A stretch of 64,000 nt of DNA from a virus (Duplodnaviria > Heunggongvirae > Uroviricota > Caudoviricetes): the IMG/VR virus record IMGVR_UViG_3300037455_000372, positions 139,710 through 203,709 of that record; one strand, given 5' to 3'. Below, one piece after another: positions 39,810 through 48,536 of the stretch. A program made the translations under genes and the position numbers. Within the stretch, counting starts at the first letter, position 1, and each line of letters starts with the position of its first letter. The notes beneath the pieces are model-generated. The model was given only the letters and a program-made list of their open reading frames with translations. It searched no databases and was not told where the DNA came from.

Positions 39810-40415
39810 ATGGATTTATCGCGCTATCTCAAAGATGATACACCAGAAGATATCGACGAACAGGCCGTACCGGGCGCAAATCTCGACGAAATGGTCTTGA
39901 TCGATACCAAGCCATCCTCCATTGTTGATGTTCTCAACGCTTATTTGAAGACCCCACGGTTCCCCGATGACGCTTGCATCGCGCTAACGATGCCTGACGC
40001 GACCTTGAAGAAATACAAGGAAAAGCTCAACTCGGCACTGTGGTGGTTCTACACTCGCTACTGCAAGAAGGATTTCGGAATGATGGAAATCCTTGTCGCC
40101 GTAGAAAAAATGGTTGACGCGAACAAGCTTACGACAATGCTTGACAACGAAATCAAGATGGTCGTCGCGAAGGAACGCGGTCTAGTCGTTACCGAAGATG
40201 ATTTGGAACTTGCCGCGAAGTCGGCTGGCTCCAAGAAGATCGAGAAGGTCGAGGAAGCCCCGGCTGAGGAAGCTCCTCATTACGCGACAATGAACGACGA
40301 TGACTTTATGGAGAAACTGATGGAAGACGACCCCGAAGAGGAAGCCGAAATGCTGGCTGGCTTGGGGGTGATGGACGACGAAGACGAGGAAGGTGAAGAC
40401 AATGCCAAAGTTTAA
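39810..40415 (+). CDS. hypothetical protein (weak resemblance to T4 gp33 late co-activator)
   Basis: 201-aa ORF with a short helical core and acidic tail near the SSB gene; functional call is tentative. Confidence 0.55.
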   Translation: MDLSRYLKDDTPEDIDEQAVPGANLDEMVLIDTKPSSIVDVLNAYLKTPRFPDDACIALTMPDATLKKYKEKLNSALWWFYTRYCKKDFGMMEILVAVEKMVDANKLTTMLDNEIKMVVAKERGLVVTEDDLELAAKSAGSKKIEKVEEAPAEEAPHYATMNDDDFMEKLMEDDPEEEAEMLAGLGVMDDEDEEGEDNAKV

Positions 40416-41088
40416 CGTGAAAAAGAGCTTTACGGCGATTACTGACCAGCACAAGGCCGATATGGCCGTGAAGGAAGAGAAGGCAAAGGAAGAGTCCAAG
40501 GAACTCACCAACGCCATCGTGAATATGGGCAGTAAGGACGCTGGTGGTGCCGGTACTGGTGTGCTGGTCGCTACCCCGGCTTATAAAAAGTGGCTCGCCC
40601 AAGTCCAGTCCAGAAACTGTTTCATCGGAAAGTCCTATATGCAGTCGGCACCGGAATTCGAGCGTGAAGACGAAGAGGCCACCGAGCAGACCAAGATGGA
40701 AGATGTCGATGCCGCCAAGATTATGTTCAAGGACAAGGACGGCACTCTCCATATTCGTGACGACTACGACCCGAACAACATCGACGACGAAGTCGAGAAC
40801 GAAAAGCTTACTGGCGATGCATCTAAGTTCGCTGACTTGTGCGAAATCAACAAGATTGTGGCTAACCAGATTACGTGGGACTTTGACGCTATCTTGAAGG
40901 AAGTTGAAGCCAAGCTTGAAGAGATTCACGCTGACGAGGATGATTACTCGCTACCTGAGAACCTTGCCGAGCAGTTGGAAGCTTCCATTTCGCACGCGAA
41001 GTCTGTTGCAGCACTTACCTATCACAAGGAAATGCATGACGCAGCTCAAAAGGATGAGGCCGCTCGTGGCAGTGACGCAAGAGCCTAA
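40402..41088 (+). CDS. hypothetical acidic protein
   Basis: ORF overlapping the previous stop; ATG at 40402. Confidence 0.7.
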   Translation: MPKFNVKKSFTAITDQHKADMAVKEEKAKEESKELTNAIVNMGSKDAGGAGTGVLVATPAYKKWLAQVQSRNCFIGKSYMQSAPEFEREDEEATEQTKMEDVDAAKIMFKDKDGTLHIRDDYDPNNIDDEVENEKLTGDASKFADLCEINKIVANQITWDFDAILKEVEAKLEEIHADEDDYSLPENLAEQLEASISHAKSVAALTYHKEMHDAAQKDEAARGSDARA

Positions 41089-41272
41089 TAGATGGTCACG
41101 GATAACCGAAGGTGAGAGTATTGTAGATACTATCATCTCGGTGTCCAATAAAATCGAGGCGGCAACTCGCCGTGGAAGGCCGTCTGGCGGCATTATTATA
41201 GGCGATAACCCGGTGCTTGAAAAAATCTTTAAAGACGCTGGTTATACAATAGTTGATATTAACCAAAAGTGA
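41072..41272 (+). CDS. small hypothetical protein
   Basis: GTG start fills the gap before the SSB promoter. Confidence 0.4.
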   Translation: MTQEPNRWSRITEGESIVDTIISVSNKIEAATRRGRPSGGIIIGDNPVLEKIFKDAGYTIVDINQK

Positions 41273-41316
41273 TAAACTTCGGTTGAATTGGCGGAAAATG
41301 GGCTTTTTTGGCTTGC

Positions 41317-41345
41317 TTGCAATTCAAATTTCCTTTTTCTACAAT
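41317..41345 (+). promoter_or_regulatory. replication-gene promoter motif before the SSB gene
   Basis: TTGCAATTCAAA-N11-TACAAT. Confidence 0.7.
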
Positions 41346-41402
41346 TCAAACCATCAGTAAAAACCCATAACCCTAAGAAACCCTTAGAAAGGAAAAATCC
41401 CT

Positions 41403-42536
41403 ATGTCTACTGATATGAACTCCCTTGATTTCCTCACCATTGATGGTGTTTCCAACCTTGCCCAAGTTACGGGCAAAACCTACGAATCCGACCCGCGTCT
41501 TTGGAAGCCTCGCGTTAGCGCGAAAAGCCCGACTTATGACGCCGTCGTCCGTCTCCTTCCGCAGGGCATTGAAGGTCTCAAGAATCAGACCTATCCTGGT
41601 GTGAAGGTTATGTATCACCATTTAAGATCTGGTCAGATGCACCGCGAGGTGAAATGCTGCAAGTCCATTCCCGGTCAGACTCGCTGCCCGATTTGTGACG
41701 CATTGTGGAACCGCTACGATGAATTTGTCAAGCTCTATGGTAAGGACGATGCTCGTACGAAGGCCGTGTCTTCGATGGGTTCTCGTGCAGAATGGTTCAC
41801 TAACGTCCTCGTTCGCGAAGACGATAATGACCCGAACAACAACGGTCAGGTGAAGGTCTGGCGTCACACCGACGCTATCGATCGTGAACTCCGCGCACCG
41901 TTCGATGACTCTGCAAACACCGAGTCCAAGGGTAACGACCAGACTGCTCGTCCGGGTAGCCTCCGTGACCGCAAGAACAAGGAAAAGCGTCGCTTCTTCC
42001 CGCACTCTCCGACCAATGGCGTCGACTACGAAGTCACTGTGTCTTGGGATCCGGCAAAGAAGATGACTTCTTACGACGGTTCTTGCTACGCCAGCGAATC
42101 TACTCCGTTGGCTGACACCAAGGAAGAAATGCTCGACATCCTCAACAAGTGCCACGACCTTACTGAATTCCTCAAGGACGTTCCGACCGAAGAAGAAGCC
42201 AGCAAGATCTACGTGGAATTTATGAACGATGCCGCAAAGCGTTCTGAAAACGCCGCCTTTAACAAGGCTGGCTTTGCCCCGGAAGCCAATCCTAACTACG
42301 CTCCGGCTGAACAGCCGCGCACCACTAGCGTCAACGCTACGGAATTCTTTGGCAACGCCGCACCGGCTGCCGCTTCTTTCCAGAAGCCGGTCGCTGAAGC
42401 TGCCGCTCCGAAGTCTGCCGACGAAGACCTCGTGAACTTCGCCAAGAGCACCAAGGCCGCTCCGGCTGCCCCGGCTGCTCCCGCCGCTGAGGAACAACTT
42501 CCGACGCTCGACGAAGACGCAGATCTTCCGTTCTAA
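41403..42536 (+). CDS. gp32: single-stranded DNA-binding protein (T4 gp32-like)
   Basis: DPRLWKP, AVVRLLP, zinc ligands H...C...CPIC, NVLVREDD.DPNNNGQVK, acidic tail. Confidence 0.92.
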   Translation: MSTDMNSLDFLTIDGVSNLAQVTGKTYESDPRLWKPRVSAKSPTYDAVVRLLPQGIEGLKNQTYPGVKVMYHHLRSGQMHREVKCCKSIPGQTRCPICDALWNRYDEFVKLYGKDDARTKAVSSMGSRAEWFTNVLVREDDNDPNNNGQVKVWRHTDAIDRELRAPFDDSANTESKGNDQTARPGSLRDRKNKEKRRFFPHSPTNGVDYEVTVSWDPAKKMTSYDGSCYASESTPLADTKEEMLDILNKCHDLTEFLKDVPTEEEASKIYVEFMNDAAKRSENAAFNKAGFAPEANPNYAPAEQPRTTSVNATEFFGNAAPAAASFQKPVAEAAAPKSADEDLVNFAKSTKAAPAAPAAPAAEEQLPTLDEDADLPF

Positions 42537-42564
42537 TTGGCAACGTCAGTTAGGTTAAACCATT

Positions 42565-42596
42565 TGGCGGCCATCGTAATTGGTGGCCGCCATTTT
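42565..42596 (+). terminator. rho-independent terminator
   Basis: TGGCGGCCATC-gtaatt-GGTGGCCGCCA then TTTT. Confidence 0.75.
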
Positions 42597-42610
42597 CAAT
42601 AGGTTTAAAG

Positions 42611-43756
42611 ATGGCATTTTCCTACGATAACATTCCCTATGCTGCCTTGGATGAAGCTGTTAGCACTCATTTCGCCGATCGTGCGTTAAAGGAAACTAAT
42701 AGCGAGTATAATTTCGTTTGTCCGTTCTGTGGCGATATGCATCGTCCGAACAAGAAGAAAGCTTACGTCTACAAGGACACTTGGCAATTTATTTGTTATA
42801 AGTGCGGCCAGCAGCAGCACGTTATGAAGTATTTCAAGGAAAACGCCGATGATATTTACACGAAGCTCTTGTTTATGGGTTTCGACGACGAAGGTAAGGA
42901 ACGCAAGGAAAAGAAGGTCGAGAAAAAGACCGTTCCGTCGGACTTGCCGTTTATGGAAGGCGAGCTGATTTCGATTCTCGACAACCATCCGCTTGCAAAG
43001 CGTGGATTGGAACTGTGCAAGCACCGTATGATTCGACCGGTTGTTTACGAGAAATGGTATGTTTGTCTGGAAGGCGAGCAGTTCTTGTTGAAAGATTCTG
43101 GCGGCGCGTATCTGCTCGATGAAAACGGACGACCGATTGGCAACAAGTACAAGAACCGTTTGATAATTCCTTTCTACAAGTTTGGCGGTGCTTGGCACCA
43201 GTTCGATGCGCGTGACCTTAATCCAGACAGTTCGCTTCGTTATTTGAACTTCAAGGGTGCAAAGCGCGAAGCTTACAATATCGATTTTATTGACTATGAC
43301 AAGCCGTTCTACATTCTTGAAGGAACGATTGACTCGACGTTTATCAAGAATTCGATTGCAATCGGCGGTGTCAAGTTCTTGAAGGAAGTTATGGAAGCTA
43401 ACCCGGAAATCGAAAAGTATAAAGAAAACTGCACGATTATCTGGGATAACGACGATCCGGGAAGGAACGCACGGTTGGATTCTGTCAAGATGGGATTCAA
43501 GTGGTTCGACTGGACTGGAATAACCGAGAAGGATGTCAACGGTGCCGTGATGAAAGGCGAGATGCCTCTCGACAAATACGGATTTGTCGAGCGTGAATTT
43601 ATAGAGGCTCGAAGCCGTCCGGCTGAAGGTGCCGAGATTCTGTTCTCGCTTCAGTACGGCGATATGAAGCGTCGTGACTATCTCGAACGTCGAGCTAACC
43701 GTCAAATGCTTCGCGAAAAGATGAAAGCTAACAATGTTTTGGGGATTCACTTCTAA
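42611..43756 (+). CDS. gp61: DNA primase (T4 gp61-like)
   Basis: NFVCPFCGD...CYKC zinc ribbon, RLIIPF, TOPRIM EGTIDS and WDND, KDVN. Confidence 0.93.
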   Translation: MAFSYDNIPYAALDEAVSTHFADRALKETNSEYNFVCPFCGDMHRPNKKKAYVYKDTWQFICYKCGQQQHVMKYFKENADDIYTKLLFMGFDDEGKERKEKKVEKKTVPSDLPFMEGELISILDNHPLAKRGLELCKHRMIRPVVYEKWYVCLEGEQFLLKDSGGAYLLDENGRPIGNKYKNRLIIPFYKFGGAWHQFDARDLNPDSSLRYLNFKGAKREAYNIDFIDYDKPFYILEGTIDSTFIKNSIAIGGVKFLKEVMEANPEIEKYKENCTIIWDNDDPGRNARLDSVKMGFKWFDWTGITEKDVNGAVMKGEMPLDKYGFVEREFIEARSRPAEGAEILFSLQYGDMKRRDYLERRANRQMLREKMKANNVLGIHF

Positions 43757-45867
43757 TGTTACAGAACCTTCGAAGATTTGGCGTACCGGATTATGTAACT
43801 CCGCAGCACATTGCGGATTTTGCTGGTCGTCCCGTAGACGCTCTGATTAACAGCGGTTTCTTTGAGGGGATTCCGTACAAGCTTACGGCTAACCGAATCA
43901 AGCATTATCATTACAAGACGTGCTTGCAGATGCTCAGGGTCTATCAGATAGATCCTCCGTGCAAGACGCACCCTTATGCAAAGTGGAGACCGGCTGAGAT
44001 TATCGCCGATTTGGACGTGACTGCGTTCGCCTATCTCAACCTTATCAAGAAAGGCAAGCTGGTCGAAGAAGGTCCGGATGAACGCGGAAAGTTCATTTAT
44101 TACAAGGACTATGAACGGTTCTTAAAAAACTACGTTCCTTACAAGATGCTGCAGTGGTTACCGCCCAAGTTGAAAATGAGGGACGCCGCTGAATTTATCG
44201 GCATTACGCCCGGTCGCTTGAAAGGCGAGGTGCGCCGTGGAAACGCCGAGGCCGTATGGTGGAACCGTAACGCCGACGGCAAGCGTCGCTATCGCTGGAT
44301 GACTCGCGACCAGATTATCCAGTATGTTACGAAGATTGTTTCGGATGCGACTCACAAATCAAAGAAGCTTATCCGTTCGACTCCGTTGGCCGACAAGCTT
44401 TCGATTCCGCTTACTGCGCTGTACTTGAAGACGACCGAGACCAAGGTCAAGTATTTCATCCATAGGGGTTATCTGGAACCTGGAAAGACATCCGATGCCA
44501 GAAGTCCGTGGCGGAAGTACGACGTATTTGAAAAGACATACCTTGACGAGAAATACGATTACTATTGCCGTGGAAAGTTTTACAACGAGGGTAAGTCGTA
44601 TTACAACCGCGCCGCCATTAGGAACAAGTTCGGAAAGACGAATTTCTGGATCAGTACCTACATCGTAGGCAAATGTCACGAAATGCTTACAAATGACGGC
44701 AAGCCGATGACGGTCGAGGAACGTACAGCCGAGAACTTGAAGCTTAACCGCCTTCCGTCAACTAGCCTTGGCTGGGTACAGTCCGAGGTCGAGGCCATCG
44801 TCAATTCAGGCGTAGAAGTCGACCCGACAGTGGAATTGACAGAGTACAGAAAGCGGCATATGGACGCGCTCGACAAGACGAACTATAACGAGCTTCGCAG
44901 TAGGCTGAAGGAATACCGCGAGAAGAAGTTCGCGAAGATTACCATCAAGCCGATTGCAGATGAAGTTGAACTTGCGTTGAAGGCTGCGTTCGAGGAAAAG
45001 GATTACCGGCGCGAGGAGCATAAGAAGGAAGTCTGGGCTATGGCCGCACAAGAAATGGCCGAGCGAAACCAGATTCGCGAGATGCTTGGCATCAAGCCGC
45101 AAGTCGATGTCCCTATGACGCCAAAGAACATCCTCAAGTACAGCAACGAGCCGGAAAAGGTCACGATTGTTTACAGCCGTACCGGATGGGATATCTATTC
45201 GAAGCATTCGCTCGAACCGACTGACTGTACGTTCAAGGCCAAGGACACCAATATGATTATTTGTCGTCTACGACCGAAGGTGTTCTCTGTTTTCGCCAAT
45301 ATCGCTCGCGTGGCCGGGACTATTGTAAGGTTGGAACCTAAGACCGTTCCGTCGTGGATAATCTTGGTACCGTCCAGTTCCATCATTTCAGATCCGTCGT
45401 TCTATATGAAGCTTGACGAGGTTCCTCCGGAATATGGTGCGGTAGCTCCGTACGGTTATGAATATACGCTGCCCGATGGAAGCTGGGTAAAGTGTCCGGC
45501 TACCTATGGAATGTACAGTCAATATTCCAAAGAAAACTCGCTACTCTGCAAGCGCGTGGTCGGTACACGGAGTGTCGTGGGAAACCACGAAGTTGCCGTT
45601 CTTGACGGTCCGTTTGTAGCCGTTCGCGGCGGTTATCTGAAGATGATAGCCGAACTGAAGAAATTCCACGTACTGGGCGATGGCCGCTCCTATGTCCCCT
45701 ATGCGATTTCGATGATTATGAAGCGTCTGGGCGTCAAGATGCTGCAAATTGAGGTCGATTCTCTGGGTTGTACTGACTTTGACCCGGAGACTAGGGGTCT
45801 GGACTGGAACCGTGCCGAAAGGATGCTGATTAGCTTCGCCAACCCGAATTTGCAATTTAAACTGTAA
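43756..45867 (+). CDS. multi-HTH protein fused to a degenerate glycosyltransferase-like (Glyco_tranf_2_5-type) domain
   Basis: MerR/excisionase-like HTH segments (MRDAAEFIGITPGRLKGEVRRG; LSIPLTALYLKTTETKVKYFIHRG); C-terminal EVAVLDGPFVAV. Confidence 0.6.
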   Translation: MLQNLRRFGVPDYVTPQHIADFAGRPVDALINSGFFEGIPYKLTANRIKHYHYKTCLQMLRVYQIDPPCKTHPYAKWRPAEIIADLDVTAFAYLNLIKKGKLVEEGPDERGKFIYYKDYERFLKNYVPYKMLQWLPPKLKMRDAAEFIGITPGRLKGEVRRGNAEAVWWNRNADGKRRYRWMTRDQIIQYVTKIVSDATHKSKKLIRSTPLADKLSIPLTALYLKTTETKVKYFIHRGYLEPGKTSDARSPWRKYDVFEKTYLDEKYDYYCRGKFYNEGKSYYNRAAIRNKFGKTNFWISTYIVGKCHEMLTNDGKPMTVEERTAENLKLNRLPSTSLGWVQSEVEAIVNSGVEVDPTVELTEYRKRHMDALDKTNYNELRSRLKEYREKKFAKITIKPIADEVELALKAAFEEKDYRREEHKKEVWAMAAQEMAERNQIREMLGIKPQVDVPMTPKNILKYSNEPEKVTIVYSRTGWDIYSKHSLEPTDCTFKAKDTNMIICRLRPKVFSVFANIARVAGTIVRLEPKTVPSWIILVPSSSIISDPSFYMKLDEVPPEYGAVAPYGYEYTLPDGSWVKCPATYGMYSQYSKENSLLCKRVVGTRSVVGNHEVAVLDGPFVAVRGGYLKMIAELKKFHVLGDGRSYVPYAISMIMKRLGVKMLQIEVDSLGCTDFDPETRGLDWNRAERMLISFANPNLQFKL

Positions 45868-45878
45868 TCAACTAATTT
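45850..45878 (+). promoter_or_regulatory. replication-gene promoter motif before gp45
   Basis: TTGCAATTTAAA-N11-TAATTT. Confidence 0.65.
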
Positions 45879-45901
45879 TACACGGACTAAAGGAAACCAT
45901 T

Positions 45902-46774
45902 ATGGCCACAGACGAACTTAAATCTATTGACATTACTTACAGTGAGCAGTATGCCGAACTGTTAAAGACGGTTACGAACGTGACCAAGGCCAACTGCACT
46001 ATTCTGCAGCACCGCGACGACAAGTATCGCATAACCATTCCGAACCAAGCTCTGCTGACCCATATCGCTGCCGGTCCGAAGGATATGTGCTTTGATGCTG
46101 ATCGTATCAACGTGTTCTCGCTTACCGAATTTATGAAGTATTCCGAGGCGGTCAATTATCCGAAGCGCGGATGTGTTACGCTCGCCCAAGAGATTTCCGT
46201 AACCGGAAAACGATACGAGTACATCAAGTTCGCCTCTCCGGGACTTACTTGCCGTACCCCTACGGCTGACCCAAGCTGCTTCAAGAAGACCGACGAGCAG
46301 ATTCCCCAGCCTCGCGACAAGCAGAAGATGGTTCGCGTAGTCGAAGTCTGTTTCACCGAGGAGGCGTTGAAGGATTTCGACAAGAAACTCAAGCTGGTTC
46401 CCACTTGCAAGTTTGTGACCTTGTTCATCGACGAAGGCGGCGTGAAGCTCTACATCAAGGGTAAGCTCGCCCAGCAGATTACATACTGCGTAGACGGTAC
46501 TTGCACCCGCCACCTAGACGAGCATCTGGTTCGCAAGGTATTCCGTCCCGGTCGTGTCGCTATGTTCCCCGCTTCCTATTTCAGTATGCTGAAGGGGTTC
46601 GGCGGCAACTTTGAAATCGACATTATGCACGTCCAGAAGGCCGACGGTACCGAACAGATGGCCTTAAAAGGCTACAGTTATGTTCCGGGTGCCGACCCAG
46701 ACGACCCGATTTTGCTGTATTCCGCCGCAGCAGAGTGCTCCGCAGCATCCAACGGCTTCGATTTGATTATGTAA
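45902..46774 (+). CDS. gp45: sliding clamp (T4 gp45-like)
   Basis: ELLKTV, INVFSLTEF and TADPS resemble gp45 LLKNF, IYDLNGF and AADPS; size of a two-domain clamp. Confidence 0.7.
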   Translation: MATDELKSIDITYSEQYAELLKTVTNVTKANCTILQHRDDKYRITIPNQALLTHIAAGPKDMCFDADRINVFSLTEFMKYSEAVNYPKRGCVTLAQEISVTGKRYEYIKFASPGLTCRTPTADPSCFKKTDEQIPQPRDKQKMVRVVEVCFTEEALKDFDKKLKLVPTCKFVTLFIDEGGVKLYIKGKLAQQITYCVDGTCTRHLDEHLVRKVFRPGRVAMFPASYFSMLKGFGGNFEIDIMHVQKADGTEQMALKGYSYVPGADPDDPILLYSAAAECSAASNGFDLIM

Positions 46775-46794
46775 GATTGATTGAGGATTGAAAC

Positions 46795-46820
46795 AAGCCA
46801 GCCTAATGGCTGGCTTTTTG
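46795..46820 (+). terminator. rho-independent terminator
   Basis: AAGCCAGCC-taat-GGCTGGCTT then TTT. Confidence 0.85.
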
Positions 46821-46867
46821 CGTCGAAACGTATAAACTTGGGTTTAAACGCATATGGGATTTTTGCT

Positions 46868-48454
46868 ATGGAAGTTAAATTTAACAAGGATGCCCTGATT
46901 AAGGCGATGAAGGAAATGAGCTACGTGTCTAACCAGAGCGGACCCGTTGAACCTTCAAAGGCAAAGGTCATCAAGATGCTCACCGACAAGGTTATGAAGC
47001 CGGTATCCAAGCCGCAAGACGGTGAGGATTGGGACAAGCGCGAATACAAGATGAACGACGACCTGTCCTATGGTAAGAACCTTATTACGACCAAGACGTT
47101 GTACAAGAAAGTTGTTACCGAGGCCGTGTCAAATACCGAGTACCGTGGATGTCGCTTGAATCTGCAGTCCATCGATATGAAGGAAACTCACTGTAAGTTC
47201 ATCATTGACCGTCGCGGCCACGAAGTTCTGGTGGAAATGTATTTCCCTAACAAGAACAAGAACATTACGGTGAAGCTGGAAAGCGATAACCACTTGTCGA
47301 ACCTTTATGAAGTGGCTCTCGATTCTGAACAGTTCCAGAACAACTTCGGCTACACCATTCTCAAGACGTGCGACGAACTGCTTGAAAGCGGTTCCAAATA
47401 TGACCTTGGTTCTGACCTAGACACGATGCAGTACACCAACGGTATGGGTACGGACGTTATCGACGTGAACGACTCTATGCTTCAGCAGAGCAACCTTCTG
47501 CGCGAATCCGTCGACGGTGGTCTGGCACAGCTCCGTAACCTCTGCGAGGCGGTGAACTTTATGGAAGCCGAGGCCGAGGAAGGCCAAGACCCGAACGCCG
47601 CACAGTTCAATATGGGCGGTGCCGAAGATCCCAACCCGGCTGACCCCCCTGCTATGTCTGGCGAGGAAATGGCTCAGATTGGTTCTGGCGACGTAAACGG
47701 TGACGGCAGTCAGAAGAAAGATGAAATTATGTTTGAGGACTGGCTTGAAGAAGAAGACGGTCTCGGCTCTACCGAGACGGTTGACGCTAGTGGCGACAGT
47801 CCTAACGGTGGTCCGGCTGAACTTGACCGTCTGGCACAGATTGTGTCAAAGCAAATGGCAGCGCGTGGTGAGACGGACAGTAATAATCGTGTTGCTCTTA
47901 CTGGTGACGACTTCTACACTGGGTTCGGTGGATTGAAGGGTAAGAGTGCAAAGGAAATTTGGAACTTGTTCCTCAACTACAATGATAAGCTGACTGAACA
48001 ACCGGTTAAGAGAAACCATATCAAGGAATTCAAGGACTTCCTCCAGAATCCGGGAATGGATGAACTTTCTCTTGAAAAGGTTGAACGCAAGCTTCACGAA
48101 ATCTTCCCTGAAGCATATGGCGAAGAAGGCGAGTCGAAGTTGAGCACTGACAACGTGGACTTGATGGGTCATCCGGACGGTGCTTCCGCCGAACAGAGCA
48201 GCATCGGTAACGAAGATGCGGCTGTTAGCGATATGCTTGCTGGCAGTGGCGACTTCGGCGGTAGCTATTTGAACGATGGTTCTACCGAAGCTATGATGGA
48301 CCAAGTCAACCCGAACGCGTTCGGGCCGGGCGAAAATGACAGTTTTATGGACGAGCTTAACTCGCCGGACGACCAGTCTGGTGATATCAAGTTCGGCGGA
48401 ACTGCCGTTTCTGACGAAGAAAACATTGCAAATTCGCTGTCGAACATCTCCTAG
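46868..48454 (+). CDS. acidic putative late/prohead-core-like protein
   Basis: ATG at 46868 after TATAAACT at 46831-46838; LLES, LRES, LCEA and FMEA motifs. Confidence 0.7.
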   Translation: MEVKFNKDALIKAMKEMSYVSNQSGPVEPSKAKVIKMLTDKVMKPVSKPQDGEDWDKREYKMNDDLSYGKNLITTKTLYKKVVTEAVSNTEYRGCRLNLQSIDMKETHCKFIIDRRGHEVLVEMYFPNKNKNITVKLESDNHLSNLYEVALDSEQFQNNFGYTILKTCDELLESGSKYDLGSDLDTMQYTNGMGTDVIDVNDSMLQQSNLLRESVDGGLAQLRNLCEAVNFMEAEAEEGQDPNAAQFNMGGAEDPNPADPPAMSGEEMAQIGSGDVNGDGSQKKDEIMFEDWLEEEDGLGSTETVDASGDSPNGGPAELDRLAQIVSKQMAARGETDSNNRVALTGDDFYTGFGGLKGKSAKEIWNLFLNYNDKLTEQPVKRNHIKEFKDFLQNPGMDELSLEKVERKLHEIFPEAYGEEGESKLSTDNVDLMGHPDGASAEQSSIGNEDAAVSDMLAGSGDFGGSYLNDGSTEAMMDQVNPNAFGPGENDSFMDELNSPDDQSGDIKFGGTAVSDEENIANSLSNIS

Positions 48455-48478
48455 TCATTAAAAAAACTCGGTAACCGC

Positions 48479-48534
48479 AATCCTTGCGATTTTGAACTAA
48501 TTTAAGGTTAGTTAAACAATCGCAAGGATTTTTT
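48479..48534 (+). promoter_or_regulatory. long hairpin covering the downstream RBS (terminator or translational switch)
   Basis: AATCCTTGCGATT...AATCGCAAGGATT perfect 13-bp arms with inner AACTAA/TTAGTT pairing, followed by a T run. Confidence 0.75.
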
Positions 48535-48536
48535 AT

